From contig CBDCDZ010000004.1 in the NCBI GenBank assembly GCA_965215565.1, positions 4,288,001-4,352,000 of the forward strand: a stretch of DNA of 64,000 nucleotides, in the 5' to 3' direction. This DNA is from Trueperaceae bacterium (GTDB lineage Bacteria > Deinococcota > Deinococci > Deinococcales > Trueperaceae). Positions 40,106-49,422 of this stretch are shown here, one piece after another; position 1 is the stretch's first letter, and each line of letters opens with the position of its first letter. Both the position numbers and the translations under genes were made by a program. The notes under the pieces are model-generated. The model was not told where the DNA came from. It saw nothing but the letters and a program-made list of their open reading frames with translations, and made no database searches.

Positions 40106-41023
40106 CTACATTCTCGTGGTGCCCGTGAGCCACTCGCGCCACGAGAGCTTGTCGCCGCGCTCAGAGAACTGCCCCTTGTCCTCGCCGAACTGCATGTAGT
40201 TTAGAAACGCCACGAAGACCACACCGCCCAGCGTGTTGCCAAGCACCACCGGGATGAGGAAGCGGAAGAGGTAGTCACCCAAGTTAGCGCTGCCCTTAAA
40301 GACGATAAAAAGCACCTCCACCGAGCCGACGATGCAGTGAAAGAGGTCAGCGGAGACCTGCAAGTAGATGAGAAGCCAGATGAGAACCACCCTCGAGAGC
40401 GTATCCCGCGCCGCGTGCACCAGCCAGACGATGCCCGCTAAAAGCCAGCCCGCTAAAATCGCCTTGAAGAAAGCGTCCCACCACCCCTCTTCAATGAGGT
40501 GCTCACCGAAACCTACGGCCGCCTCCGTCGCCTCGGGCGAGAGTACGCCCGTAGAGGCGAGTAGCAGGGCGAAAAGCGCCGCGCCTACAACGTTCGCGAC
40601 CAAGACGATGCCCCAGATGCGCAAGAGGTCGGGTAAGCTCGCCAAACGGGTCAAGACCAGCGCCACGGGCGTCAGCGTGTTCTCGGTGAAGAGCTGATAG
40701 CGCCCTAAGATCAAAAAGATAAACCCCACCGGATAGAGCAAGTTCGCTACCAGACCGCTCTCAAAGGGCGTCAGCGCGGCGAACGTGGCTCGCGCCAAGA
40801 TGCAGAGCCCCAGCACGAGCCCCGCTGTCAGACCGCTCCAGAAGAGGAGTCCGTTCGAGCGCCCCAGCTCTTCATCGGCGGTGGCGAGCACGCGCCTGTA
40901 AATCTCGTCCAGATTGAAAAAGTCAGGGACAGCCTCTCCTTTATCAGGCGCGTCCTTGATGGAATGCGGCACCTCGCCGGGCGGCACCTCTTCGGCGTCT
41001 AACGTTTCGTTCACTTCTGCCAT
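40106..41023 (-). CDS. formate/nitrite transporter family protein
   Basis: LYPVGF, QLFTENT, ANVVG, AILAGW, HCIVG, GNTLGG. Confidence 0.85.
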   Translation of the reverse strand: MAEVNETLDAEEVPPGEVPHSIKDAPDKGEAVPDFFNLDEIYRRVLATADEELGRSNGLLFWSGLTAGLVLGLCILARATFAALTPFESGLVANLLYPVGFIFLILGRYQLFTENTLTPVALVLTRLASLPDLLRIWGIVLVANVVGAALFALLLASTGVLSPEATEAAVGFGEHLIEEGWWDAFFKAILAGWLLAGIVWLVHAARDTLSRVVLIWLLIYLQVSADLFHCIVGSVEVLFIVFKGSANLGDYLFRFLIPVVLGNTLGGVVFVAFLNYMQFGEDKGQFSERGDKLSWREWLTGTTRM

Positions 41024-41225
41024 GAAACCCCTTTCGGTTGCTCAGCGATTCTACCTCACGGGTTCGGCGTAACGTGACCTCCGTTTACAGTTTGGGGGCC
41101 CCAGGTAGAGCTTTCAGAGAAGATGGCGCGGCAAGAAGAGGTGGCGGAGATGTTGAGTGAAAAGGTCTGAATCCTTTTGCATGTTTTGCCGTTGTTGAAA
41201 CTACGTCTCTGCCGTATAATTACTT

Positions 41226-41288
41226 GTGCTCGAGTTCACCGAAACCTCTTTGTTCACGAAGATCAAGGAGGCGATTGACCATGAATGA
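41226..41288 (+). pseudogene. HigB/RelE-type toxin remnant (internal deletion)
   Basis: Leaderless GTG after TATAAT; 20-aa MLEFTETSLFTK-IKEAIDHE resembles HigB N- and C-termini joined; overlaps higA start. Confidence 0.6.
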
Positions 41289-41583
41289 AAAAGACCTAGC
41301 TGAATGGGAAAAAGGACGCGACCTCGGTCAAGAAATCTTGCAGGGTATAGGAGAGATTAAAGCAGGTAAAACGGGGCGGAGATATACAGCAGCGTCTTTC
41401 CCAATCGTTCGTGCTCGTGAAAAAACAGGGTTAAGCCAAAGCGAATTTTCTGAACTCCTCGGTGTGTCGGTTCGCACCCTCCAAGATTGGGAGCAGGGAC
41501 GGCGAGAGCCTTCGGGGGCTGCGAAGACGTTGCTCAAAGTGGCGGAGCGTTGTCCTGAGATTTTGCGGGAGGTGGCAGCTTAG
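41281..41583 (+). CDS. higA: HigA-like XRE HTH antitoxin
   Basis: REKTGLSQSEFSELLGVSVRTLQDWEQGRREPSGAAKTLL; AAGGAGG RBS. Confidence 0.8.
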   Translation: MNEKDLAEWEKGRDLGQEILQGIGEIKAGKTGRRYTAASFPIVRAREKTGLSQSEFSELLGVSVRTLQDWEQGRREPSGAAKTLLKVAERCPEILREVAA

Positions 41584-41654
41584 TTATTGGGAGTGGGAGA
41601 AGATTGACCTCTCAGTAAAGATAGCGAAGTGGGAAGAGGTGACGGAGATGCTGA

Positions 41655-41972
41655 ATGCAAAAGCATGATGTAGAGATAGAGAAGCGCTACCTAATGCTGA
41701 AAGGAGTACTCGAGCAACTCGCTGAGCGCTTTTATGACAATCCAGGTATTCAAGCTTTACGCAAAGAGAACCGTTATGACGTTGTTGAGCAAGTTAAAGA
41801 CTACGCTAATCATAGCGAATTTAGCATTTCATTCGAGACACTTGTAGATCAGCTTTACGAATTTGACATAGCGATTTCAAAAGAAGATGTCAAGCACATC
41901 CGGTACGTGGCTGACCTCTTAAAAATTCCTTACAAACGCTGGGGTTTTGTGCGTCGCTTGGTTAGAAATTGA
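41655..41972 (+). CDS. MafI-like immunity protein (orphan, low GC)
   Basis: EFSISFETLVDQLYEFDIAIS motif; no toxin nearby. Confidence 0.55.
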   Translation: MQKHDVEIEKRYLMLKGVLEQLAERFYDNPGIQALRKENRYDVVEQVKDYANHSEFSISFETLVDQLYEFDIAISKEDVKHIRYVADLLKIPYKRWGFVRRLVRN

Positions 41973-42149
41973 CCCGGAGATTGTCGGATAGAAATCACCT
42001 TTTTCTTCGTCCTAAACGGCTCAAACTGTAGCTCAGACACCTTGCTTTTCGGCTCAAAATTGAGTACAATAAATTCAAATTAGTTAGACGCTCCAAGCGC
42101 AACTTCACCTCTTTAGACAACCTGAATTTCTCGCACAGAGGAGTCACTT

Positions 42150-43223
42150 TTGCCTGTAGCCGAGCCCATCCGCCCGACCTCAGCCACCTCACGCCCTGCC
42201 CCTGCCAAGAAGCCCAAGCTCTGGACCCCTAAGCGTGTCCTCTTCACCCCGGACGCCTTAGAGCAGCCCTTTGGTCAGCAGATGTACGAGCGCATGACCT
42301 CTTTAGGTTTAGATATCACCGAACTCAAGAGCAACCGCGTCACGGGCTTGCGCGGCAAAGACGAGCGTGAGACCTACCGCCTCGCCAAGCAGACCCTAGC
42401 GGTGGTCAACGCGCCCCCCAGCATGATGAAGCTCCAGCCCATCCCACCCTCGGCGGACTGGCAGTTTCACCTCGCTAAGGGCTGCCCCGCGCACTGCCAG
42501 TATTGCTATTTGGCGGGCTCCCTGTCGGGTCCACCCGTGACCCGCGTCTACGCTAATTTGCCTGAGATTTTGGGTCATCTAGCGCAGTACGAGAACGGTC
42601 CGACCTCTTTCGAGGTGTCGTGCTACACCGACCCGCTCGGTCTGGAGCACCTCACGGGCAGCTTGTCCGAGTGCATCAAGTATTTCGGCACGCGCACGGA
42701 CGGCTCACTGCGCTACGTGAGCAAGTTCGACGCGGTGGACGGGTTGCTCGACTTGCCGCATAACGGTCAGACTCGCGCCCGCGCATCGGTCAACGCTGAG
42801 CTTATCGGCAAGAGGCTCGAGGGTGGCACCGCCCCCGTCTCCGCCCGCTTAGGAGCCATCCGCAAGCTCGCCCAGGCGGGCTATCCCGTCGGCTTAGTCA
42901 TCGCGCCCATCATGCCTATCGAGGGCTGGCGTGAGCACTACACCGCCTTGTTCGGCGAGATCGAGGCGACCCTAGACTTCCCCGTGGACCTCACCTTCGA
43001 GCTGATCAGCCACCGCTTCACGCCCGGCTCGAAAGAGGTCTTGGAGGGCTGGTATCCGAACAGCAGCCTCGACCTGAGCGAGGAGAACCGCAGCGTCAAG
43101 CGCAACAAGTTCGGCGGCACGAAGTTCGTCTACACGAAGGACACGATGAAGACCTTGCGCGAGTTTTTCGAGGCGGAGATAGCCGTGCGCTTTCCCGAGG
43201 CGCAACTTCTGTACTGGACGTAA
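42150..43223 (+). CDS. splB: spore photoproduct lyase family radical SAM protein
   Basis: GCPAHCQYCYL, FEVSCYTD, TRARASVN, GYPVG..IAPI, HRFT..SK, KFGGTKFVY. Confidence 0.8.
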   Translation: MPVAEPIRPTSATSRPAPAKKPKLWTPKRVLFTPDALEQPFGQQMYERMTSLGLDITELKSNRVTGLRGKDERETYRLAKQTLAVVNAPPSMMKLQPIPPSADWQFHLAKGCPAHCQYCYLAGSLSGPPVTRVYANLPEILGHLAQYENGPTSFEVSCYTDPLGLEHLTGSLSECIKYFGTRTDGSLRYVSKFDAVDGLLDLPHNGQTRARASVNAELIGKRLEGGTAPVSARLGAIRKLAQAGYPVGLVIAPIMPIEGWREHYTALFGEIEATLDFPVDLTFELISHRFTPGSKEVLEGWYPNSSLDLSEENRSVKRNKFGGTKFVYTKDTMKTLREFFEAEIAVRFPEAQLLYWT

Positions 43224-43290
43224 GCAGATGTACGTGAGGTGTTGGCTGCTGGCGGCTGACACCTCTTCTCTTTTGGTTTAGGAGACCTCT

Positions 43291-44343
43291 CTGAATCTTC
43301 TCAACGTCAAAAAGATTTATCTCGAGCCCGACGTCCCCGCCTATCCACGCGGCATGGAAATCTTAGCCCGCTTCCCCGACGCGGAGCAAATTGAAATCCC
43401 ATCTCATTGGAACATCCCCAGCTTGCACGGCAACGAGGGTTCGGTGGACGACTGGGTACGTATCAAGCGCGACGTGCTCGTTTTGGGCGTGCGTAAGTCG
43501 CTACCTGTGCGTGAAAATGGGCGGAGCGGCGACTTTATCGCGCCGGGCACCGCGAACGGCTGCGCGATGGCCTGCGCCTACTGCTACGTGCCGCGCCGCA
43601 AGGGGTACGCCAACCCCATCAGCACCTTTGTGAATATCGACGCGGTTTGCAAAGCGATTCGCCGTCACGCCGCTAAACAGCCTCCCAAGCCACTTCTTCA
43701 AACCGACCCTAAATGTTGGGTCTACGATATCGGCGAGAACAGCGACTGTTCGGTGGACGCGCTCATCTCAGACAACGTCCGCGACCTCGTAACGCTCTTT
43801 TGGGAACTTCCGAATGTAAAGGCGTCCTTTGCGACCAAGTACGTCAATTGCGACCTCTTGAACTACGATCCGCAGGGCAAGACCCGCATCCGCTTCTCGC
43901 TCATGCCGCAGAAGATCGCCAAGACCGTAGACGTGCGCACCTCACCTATGAGCGAGCGTATCGCAGCGGTGAACGACTTCGTGGCGGCGGGCTATGAAGT
44001 ACATCTCAACTTCAGCCCGATTATCTTGTACGAAGGCTGGTTAGAGGACTACGCGGCACTTTTAGAAGAGGTGGACGACGTACTCTCCGACGAAGCTAAG
44101 GCGCAGCTCAAGTGCGAGGTCATCTTCCTGACGCACAATGAGGGGCTGCATGAGGTCAATTTAGGGTGGCACCCGAAAGCCGAAGACCTACTCTGGACGC
44201 CTGAGAACCAAGAGGCCAAGGTGTCGAAGATGGGTGGGAGGAATGTGCGGTACAAGCGCGGGTTTAAGGGGGCGCGGGTGCGGGAGTTTAGGAGGTTGCT
44301 AGAGGAGAGGTTGCCGTATTGTGAGGTGCGGTATGCGTTTTGA
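43291..44343 (+). CDS. second spore photoproduct lyase family radical SAM protein
   Basis: GCAMACAYCY, DIGENSD, FATK, TRIRFSL, GYEVHLNFSP; AGGAG RBS precedes CTG at 43291 (in frame with ATG 43354). Confidence 0.8.
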   Translation: MNLLNVKKIYLEPDVPAYPRGMEILARFPDAEQIEIPSHWNIPSLHGNEGSVDDWVRIKRDVLVLGVRKSLPVRENGRSGDFIAPGTANGCAMACAYCYVPRRKGYANPISTFVNIDAVCKAIRRHAAKQPPKPLLQTDPKCWVYDIGENSDCSVDALISDNVRDLVTLFWELPNVKASFATKYVNCDLLNYDPQGKTRIRFSLMPQKIAKTVDVRTSPMSERIAAVNDFVAAGYEVHLNFSPIILYEGWLEDYAALLEEVDDVLSDEAKAQLKCEVIFLTHNEGLHEVNLGWHPKAEDLLWTPENQEAKVSKMGGRNVRYKRGFKGARVREFRRLLEERLPYCEVRYAF

Positions 44344-44468
44344 GCGATGGTTGCGGGTATTTCTCTTCCGACCTTCGCGCTGAATATTCCACAACTACAA
44401 CGAGATGTGACCTTTTAGGAGAATTCCGCTCTACGATGTCGTACATTTCTTAACTGGGTGATTCTATT

Positions 44469-44789
44469 ATGCAAATAGGTGACTATATCATCTTCCCAAG
44501 CGGAGGCGCGGCTGTCGCACTCGTTTATATTTTTATTTCCACCGCTATCGGCGTCCTGAGCTGGTTTTTCTACCTCTTTCGTGTCGGCGGCGCTCGTTTA
44601 GCGAAGAAGCAGTTTCAGACTGACCATCCAGGTATGCGTATCGCTAAGAGCAAATCGTTTCGTCTCGGCAACTATAATTATGTCGAATTTCGACTTAAAA
44701 CGGGGGAGTCCGTCTTCTACCGGATTGCTCGAGAGCAAGAGATGGCGTGGGAAGTATCTAATCCAAATGTGGCACAAAGTAGGCTGTAG
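44469..44789 (+). CDS. hypothetical single-pass membrane protein
   Basis: One hydrophobic segment, lower GC. Confidence 0.55.
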   Translation: MQIGDYIIFPSGGAAVALVYIFISTAIGVLSWFFYLFRVGGARLAKKQFQTDHPGMRIAKSKSFRLGNYNYVEFRLKTGESVFYRIAREQEMAWEVSNPNVAQSRL

Positions 44790-44826
44790 TGCTGATTCAA
44801 CCCAGGGCTGCTCTGCCGAAAAACTC

Positions 44827-45049
44827 ATGATCCCGCCAAGAGACGCTCGAAACGATCAACGAACTCCTCCCTCAGCAACCGCAAGAGAAGCTCGAGGCAC
44901 TCCTATCTTGGCTTGAGCAAGAAGACGACGCTTTCAAGGCGCGGCTACGTGCTGACGTTGGCGCTGGTAAGTTTGACCAACTCATTGCTGATGTGATTGC
45001 TGAAGACGAAGCTGGAGAGACCCTAGACCTTGAAGCGTCGTGCGATTAA
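44827..45049 (+). pseudogene. antitoxin-like remnant, followed by the start of a truncated toxin
   Basis: ..QETLETINELL..WLEQEDDAFKARLRADVGAGKFDQLIADVIAEDEAGETLDL; ATG 44827 is out of frame; overlapping TTG MKRRAIK.. breaks off. Confidence 0.45.
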
Positions 45050-45116
45050 GGCGTTGCTGAACTTCCCAAGCTCGAGCGCTAGGATGTCTTCGCGGTTCTC
45101 AAGCTATAATCAACCT

Positions 45117-45338
45117 ATGGAACGTATTATGATTGACCCTAATATCTGCAACGGACGTCCGGTTATTAAGGGGACGCGCATTACGGTGCAAACTGTGCTC
45201 GAGTTTCTAGGTGCGGGCGATTCCATTGAGGACATTTTAGGCGAGTATCCGAGCCTGACACGCGAAGATATCTTGGCGAGTTTACGTTACGCCTCACGCT
45301 TGTCAGCCAACCGCTTTACGCTCGAGCGGGTTGCGTGA
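45117..45338 (+). CDS. DUF433 (VapB45-like) antitoxin
   Basis: IDPNICNGRPVIKGTRITV..EYPSLTREDILASLRYA; leaderless TATAAT. Confidence 0.88.
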   Translation: MERIMIDPNICNGRPVIKGTRITVQTVLEFLGAGDSIEDILGEYPSLTREDILASLRYASRLSANRFTLERVA

Positions 45339-45677
45339 CCGGATTTCTACTTGATGAGAACTTGCCTGCCAAACTTCGCTTTATGCCTTCGCTACCTGTT
45401 ATTCACGCACGAAATCTAGGAGAAAGTCCTAGCGACACCGAGTTGTGGGCTTATGCGCAAGCGAATGATTTAGCTGGTTATCACCAAGGACGTGGACTTC
45501 TCTGCACGCATTTTGTCTGCTAAGCCGCCGCCTAGGATTGTGCATCTGCGATTTGGCAATTTGCGACTAGCCGCTTTCCACACGCATCTAGCGCACGTTT
45601 GGCCTCGGGTTGAAACGCTGTTAGCCTCCAACAAACTCGTGAACGTCTATCTGGACCGTTTAGAAGCTGTGACTTAG
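45335..45677 (+). pseudogene. DUF5615/VapC45-like PIN toxin, frameshifted
   Basis: FLLDENLP..SDTELWAYA in one frame, VITKDVDF..PPRIVHLRFGN in another; shift near 45470. Confidence 0.75.
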
Positions 45678-45730
45678 AAGCTCGAGCCTCTTTAAACCTA
45701 GTTTGCTAAACTAACTTTGCGACAACACGA

Positions 45731-45970
45731 AAACGCAGGTTTATCACCGATGAGGCGAGCAACCCTGTCGCGGTAATTTTATCCTTGGAAGATTATGCCC
45801 ACGTTCATGCGATTTTCAAGCCCAACCAGAGCGAAGAGGATGAATTGGACCTCATGCAAAGGACCGCGAATGATGCCGCTTTCCCGAGTGATCTAAAGCA
45901 AACCATGAAGGACTTCGAGCACGCCGATGCAGGATGGCGGGAGTCCACTGGGTGCTCGAGGTTCGCATAG
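45731..45970 (+). pseudogene. antitoxin-like fragment without start codon
   Basis: KRRFITDEASNPVAVILSLEDY Phd-like N-terminus; no in-frame start after TAA 45707; no toxin follows. Confidence 0.4.
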
Positions 45971-46039
45971 TAGACAAAAAGAGACGCGGATTCCGCTACT
46001 GCTGAAATTTGCGTCTTCACAACTTCTGTTCCTAGCCAA

Positions 46040-47152
46040 TCACCCAAACTGCGTCAACCCGACGCTCGGCGTCGCCCGGTCTCTCTGAATGTCAATCTGC
46101 GTCGCCGCCATCTTGAATGCTTGCGAACTCGTCGCGGCGGTCATGCCGGTGACGTAGTCGATGAGGTCATCGCGGTAGAGGTCCGCTAGGGCGTCGTCGA
46201 AAATCTGCATCCCGTCGAGTTTGGAGTCTTTAAGGGCGTCGTAAAGTTCCGCGTTGCGGTCCTCGTCGCGCAAGAGGTCTTTGATGCGCAAGGTACCCTT
46301 CATGATCTCCATCGCGGCGACGCGCCCGCCGTTCATACGGGGCAAGAGGCGCTGTGAGACGATGCCGACGAGCGAGTCGGCGAAGAGGATGCGCGCCGAG
46401 TCGCGCTCGTGCGGCGGGAAGAGTTCCATGACGCGGTTCACCGTGCGCACAGTGTCGAGCGTGTGGAGCGTGCTGAAGACCAAGTGACCCGTCTGGGCGG
46501 CTGAGATGGCGGCTGCCGCCGTCGCGTAGTCGCGAATTTCCCCGATCATGATGACCTCGGGGTCTTGGCGCATCGCGGCGACGAGTGCCTCGCTAAAGGA
46601 GGGCGCGTCCACGCCGATTTCCCGCTGGACGATGACCGACTTTTTCGCGCGGTGCAGGTACTCGATAGGGTCTTCCACGGTGATGATCATCTTGTTATGC
46701 GAGACGTTGATCTCGTCGATGATGCGCGACAGCGTCGTGGACTTGCCCGAGCCCGTCGGACCCGTCACGAGGATGAGCCCCTTCTCCTGGTCACGGAAGT
46801 AGTCGATGAGTTCTGGCGCTAAGTTCACCACTTGAAGCTGCGACTCGTCGCTGTTGATGACGCGCAAGACCGCGCTGACCGAGCCGCGCTGCCGGAACAA
46901 GTTGACGCGGAAGCGGCTCATGCCGGGGATGCTGTAAGCGAGGTCCGCTTGGTGCTTCTCTTGGAAAATCGCCTTTTGCCTATCGTCGCACATGATCTTG
47001 ACGAACGACTCGGTCATAGCGGGCGTGAGTTGGGTTTGCCCTACGGGAACGAGTTTGCCGCCGACGCGCGCCATCGGCGGCAAGCCGGCGTGCAGGTGAA
47101 TATCCGATGCGCCCTTGGCGACGAACTGGGTGAGCATGTCGTTAAAAGTCAT
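46040..47152 (-). CDS. pilT: PilT/PilU-family type IV pilus ATPase
   Basis: ASDIHL, GPTGSGKSTT, TVEDPIEY, RQDPEVIMIGEIRD, TGHLVFSTLHT. Confidence 0.85.
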   Translation of the reverse strand: MTFNDMLTQFVAKGASDIHLHAGLPPMARVGGKLVPVGQTQLTPAMTESFVKIMCDDRQKAIFQEKHQADLAYSIPGMSRFRVNLFRQRGSVSAVLRVINSDESQLQVVNLAPELIDYFRDQEKGLILVTGPTGSGKSTTLSRIIDEINVSHNKMIITVEDPIEYLHRAKKSVIVQREIGVDAPSFSEALVAAMRQDPEVIMIGEIRDYATAAAAISAAQTGHLVFSTLHTLDTVRTVNRVMELFPPHERDSARILFADSLVGIVSQRLLPRMNGGRVAAMEIMKGTLRIKDLLRDEDRNAELYDALKDSKLDGMQIFDDALADLYRDDLIDYVTGMTAATSSQAFKMAATQIDIQRDRATPSVGLTQFG

Positions 47153-47207
47153 ATGCCCGTTATTGTAGCGGCGCGAGAGGGTGTGTGGAGCGCAAATCCT
47201 CATATTC

Positions 47208-47319
47208 TAGCAGGTATTATCTGGTCAGAAACACGCTCACTGTAGAAAATACTGCTCAGCACGCACATTATGAGATGAGGTCTGCAGCACTCCGTCTCAG
47301 TATGTTTTGGAACTATTTA
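47208..47319. repeat. ~110-bp dispersed element, copy D
   Basis: TAGCAGGTATTATCTGGTCAGA..GCACGCACAT..CCGTCTCAGTATGTTTTGGAACT. Confidence 0.8.
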
Positions 47320-47454
47320 TAGCAAGTCCAGCGAGAACGCCCCACATAGCTTCATCTGGTCAGACGCCCCTACGTCGCAAAGTATTGCCGAGTTGCGCAC
47401 ATCAGGGAATAATTTCCATGTTTGTTCGTCTCGTTAAGCTACGGAACTGCTGTA
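47320..47454. repeat. diverged dispersed element, copy H, abutting copy D
   Basis: TAGCAAG..TCATCTGGTCAGA..GCGCACAT..GTCTC..GGAACTGCTGTA. Confidence 0.55.
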
Positions 47455-47484
47455 GCAGGTGCTGCAGAAGCGTTAAACTGACGC

Positions 47485-48096
47485 ATGATCGATATTACTA
47501 GAATCCTCAAGACCAAATATCCCACCTGGCCCGGTGACACCGACTTCAAGCTCAAAGACACCGCCAACATGAGAGACGGCTCGCCTGTCAACATCATGGC
47601 GATAAAAACTACGACGCACGTCGGCACGCACCTAGACGCGCCGTATCACTACACGGACGAGGGCGATAAGCTCGGCGCGGTCCCGCTAGAATTGCTCGTC
47701 GGCGACGCGCAGGTTTTACATACGCTCGCTTACGACGCGGTGCCCGCTGAAACGGTCTCGCACTTCGGTTCGCTGCCAGAGCGAATACTCTTCTTCACCG
47801 GGGAGCCCGATGTGTGGACTGACTTTCCCGAAGACTTCACCGCGCTCACGCCGGAACTCATTCACGCGCTGAGCGAACGCGGCGTCAAAGTCGTCGGCGT
47901 TGACAGCCCGAGCGTAGACAAATTCAGCAGTAAGGACTTGCCCGTCCACAAGGCGTGCGCCGAGACGGGTGTCTACATCGTCGAGGGGCTGAACTTGCAA
48001 GGGGTGGACGAAGGGCGCTATCACCTTATCTGCCTGCCGCTCAACATGCCCGACGCCGACGCTTCGCCGGTGCGGGCCGTCCTCACGAAACCGTGA
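47485..48096 (+). CDS. kynB: kynurenine formamidase (cyclase family)
   Basis: HVGTHLDAPYH, GVDSPSVD, ADASPVRA; adjacent to kynU. Confidence 0.85.
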   Translation: MIDITRILKTKYPTWPGDTDFKLKDTANMRDGSPVNIMAIKTTTHVGTHLDAPYHYTDEGDKLGAVPLELLVGDAQVLHTLAYDAVPAETVSHFGSLPERILFFTGEPDVWTDFPEDFTALTPELIHALSERGVKVVGVDSPSVDKFSSKDLPVHKACAETGVYIVEGLNLQGVDEGRYHLICLPLNMPDADASPVRAVLTKP

Positions 48097-48106
48097 TCTG
48101 GTTACG

Positions 48107-49288
48107 ATGAAGCGCGAAGCCTTCTTACTCCCCAAAGGCATCTACTTAGACGGCAACTCGCTCGGACCGCTTTCCTACGGCGCGCAAGCCGCTATTGAGC
48201 GGCGGCTCAAGCAGTGGCAGGTCTACGGCGTGAGCGCGTGGGAGGAGTGGTTCGCGCTCGCTGAGCGGCTCTCCCCGGCGCTCGCCAAGCTCGTCGGCGC
48301 GAAGCCGAGCGAGGTCATCGCGGCGGGCACCCTGACGGGCAACCTTCACGCGCTACTCGCCACCTTCTACCGCCCCAAAGGGCGGAGGCGCAACCTGCTC
48401 GCCACCTCACTCGACTTCCCGAGCGACCTCTACGCGCTACAAGCTTGGGCGGAGCGTGAGGGCGCGGAGCTTAAACTCGTCCCCTCGAGAAATCCCTACA
48501 CCCTCCACCTAGGCGACATCCGAGACGCGCTAACTGACGACATCGCCCTCGCTGTACTGCCTACGGTCCTCTACCGGAGCGGACAACTCCTGAACGTCGA
48601 AGAGGTCACGGCGCTCGCGAAGAAACGAGGAATCACAATAGGCTGGGACGCGGCGCACTCAATTGGTGCAGCACCACATACTTTCCATAAGGCGGGCGCG
48701 GACTTCGCGGTGTGGTGCTCGTACAAGTACCTCAACGCGGGTCCGGGAGCGCCCGGCGGCTTGTTCGTCCACGAGAAACACCATCATCTCAAGCCAGGGC
48801 TACCCGGCTGGTGGGGAAATGACAAGGCGACGCAGTTTGAAATGAAACACGAGTTTACGCCCGCTGAGGGCGCGAGCGCGTACCAGATCAGCACGCCGAG
48901 CATCTTGGCGTTAGGGGGGCTCGAGGGCGCATTGGCGCTGTTCGAAGAGGTCGGGATTGAAGCCATCCGCCAACGCTCTTTGGGCCTCACGGATTATCTT
49001 ATTGAACTCGCCGACGAACACTTGCCCGAGATGACGCTACGAACGCCTCGCGACCACGCCGAGCGCGGAGGGCACATCGTGTTGGAGCATCCCGACGCCA
49101 AACAGCTCAGCGCCACCTTGCGCGCGCGCGACATCATCCCCGACTACCGCGAGCCCAACCTCTTGCGCCTTGCGCCCGCTGCCCTCTACAACACCGAAGC
49201 GGAGTTGGGAGAGGTCGTTGAGGTTCTGAAAGAGCTGTTGGCGAGTGGCAGCTACAAAAAAGTTAAGGCCGAGCAGCAGGTGACTTGA
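48107..49288 (+). CDS. kynU: kynureninase
   Basis: YLDGNSLG, FPSDLY, WDAAHSIG, WCSYKYLNAGPG, GWWG. Confidence 0.92.
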   Translation: MKREAFLLPKGIYLDGNSLGPLSYGAQAAIERRLKQWQVYGVSAWEEWFALAERLSPALAKLVGAKPSEVIAAGTLTGNLHALLATFYRPKGRRRNLLATSLDFPSDLYALQAWAEREGAELKLVPSRNPYTLHLGDIRDALTDDIALAVLPTVLYRSGQLLNVEEVTALAKKRGITIGWDAAHSIGAAPHTFHKAGADFAVWCSYKYLNAGPGAPGGLFVHEKHHHLKPGLPGWWGNDKATQFEMKHEFTPAEGASAYQISTPSILALGGLEGALALFEEVGIEAIRQRSLGLTDYLIELADEHLPEMTLRTPRDHAERGGHIVLEHPDAKQLSATLRARDIIPDYREPNLLRLAPAALYNTEAELGEVVEVLKELLASGSYKKVKAEQQVT

Positions 49289-49422
49289 AAGCCCGCTGCT
49301 CTTGGCCCATTCACCCCGGTTGAACTAACCCAAACGCCCGACTCAAACGCTTCACGTTAAAAAACCCTCGAGTTTTAGCTCACCACCTCACCCCGGACAA
49401 ATGCGCCATAATACTGGGTGTT

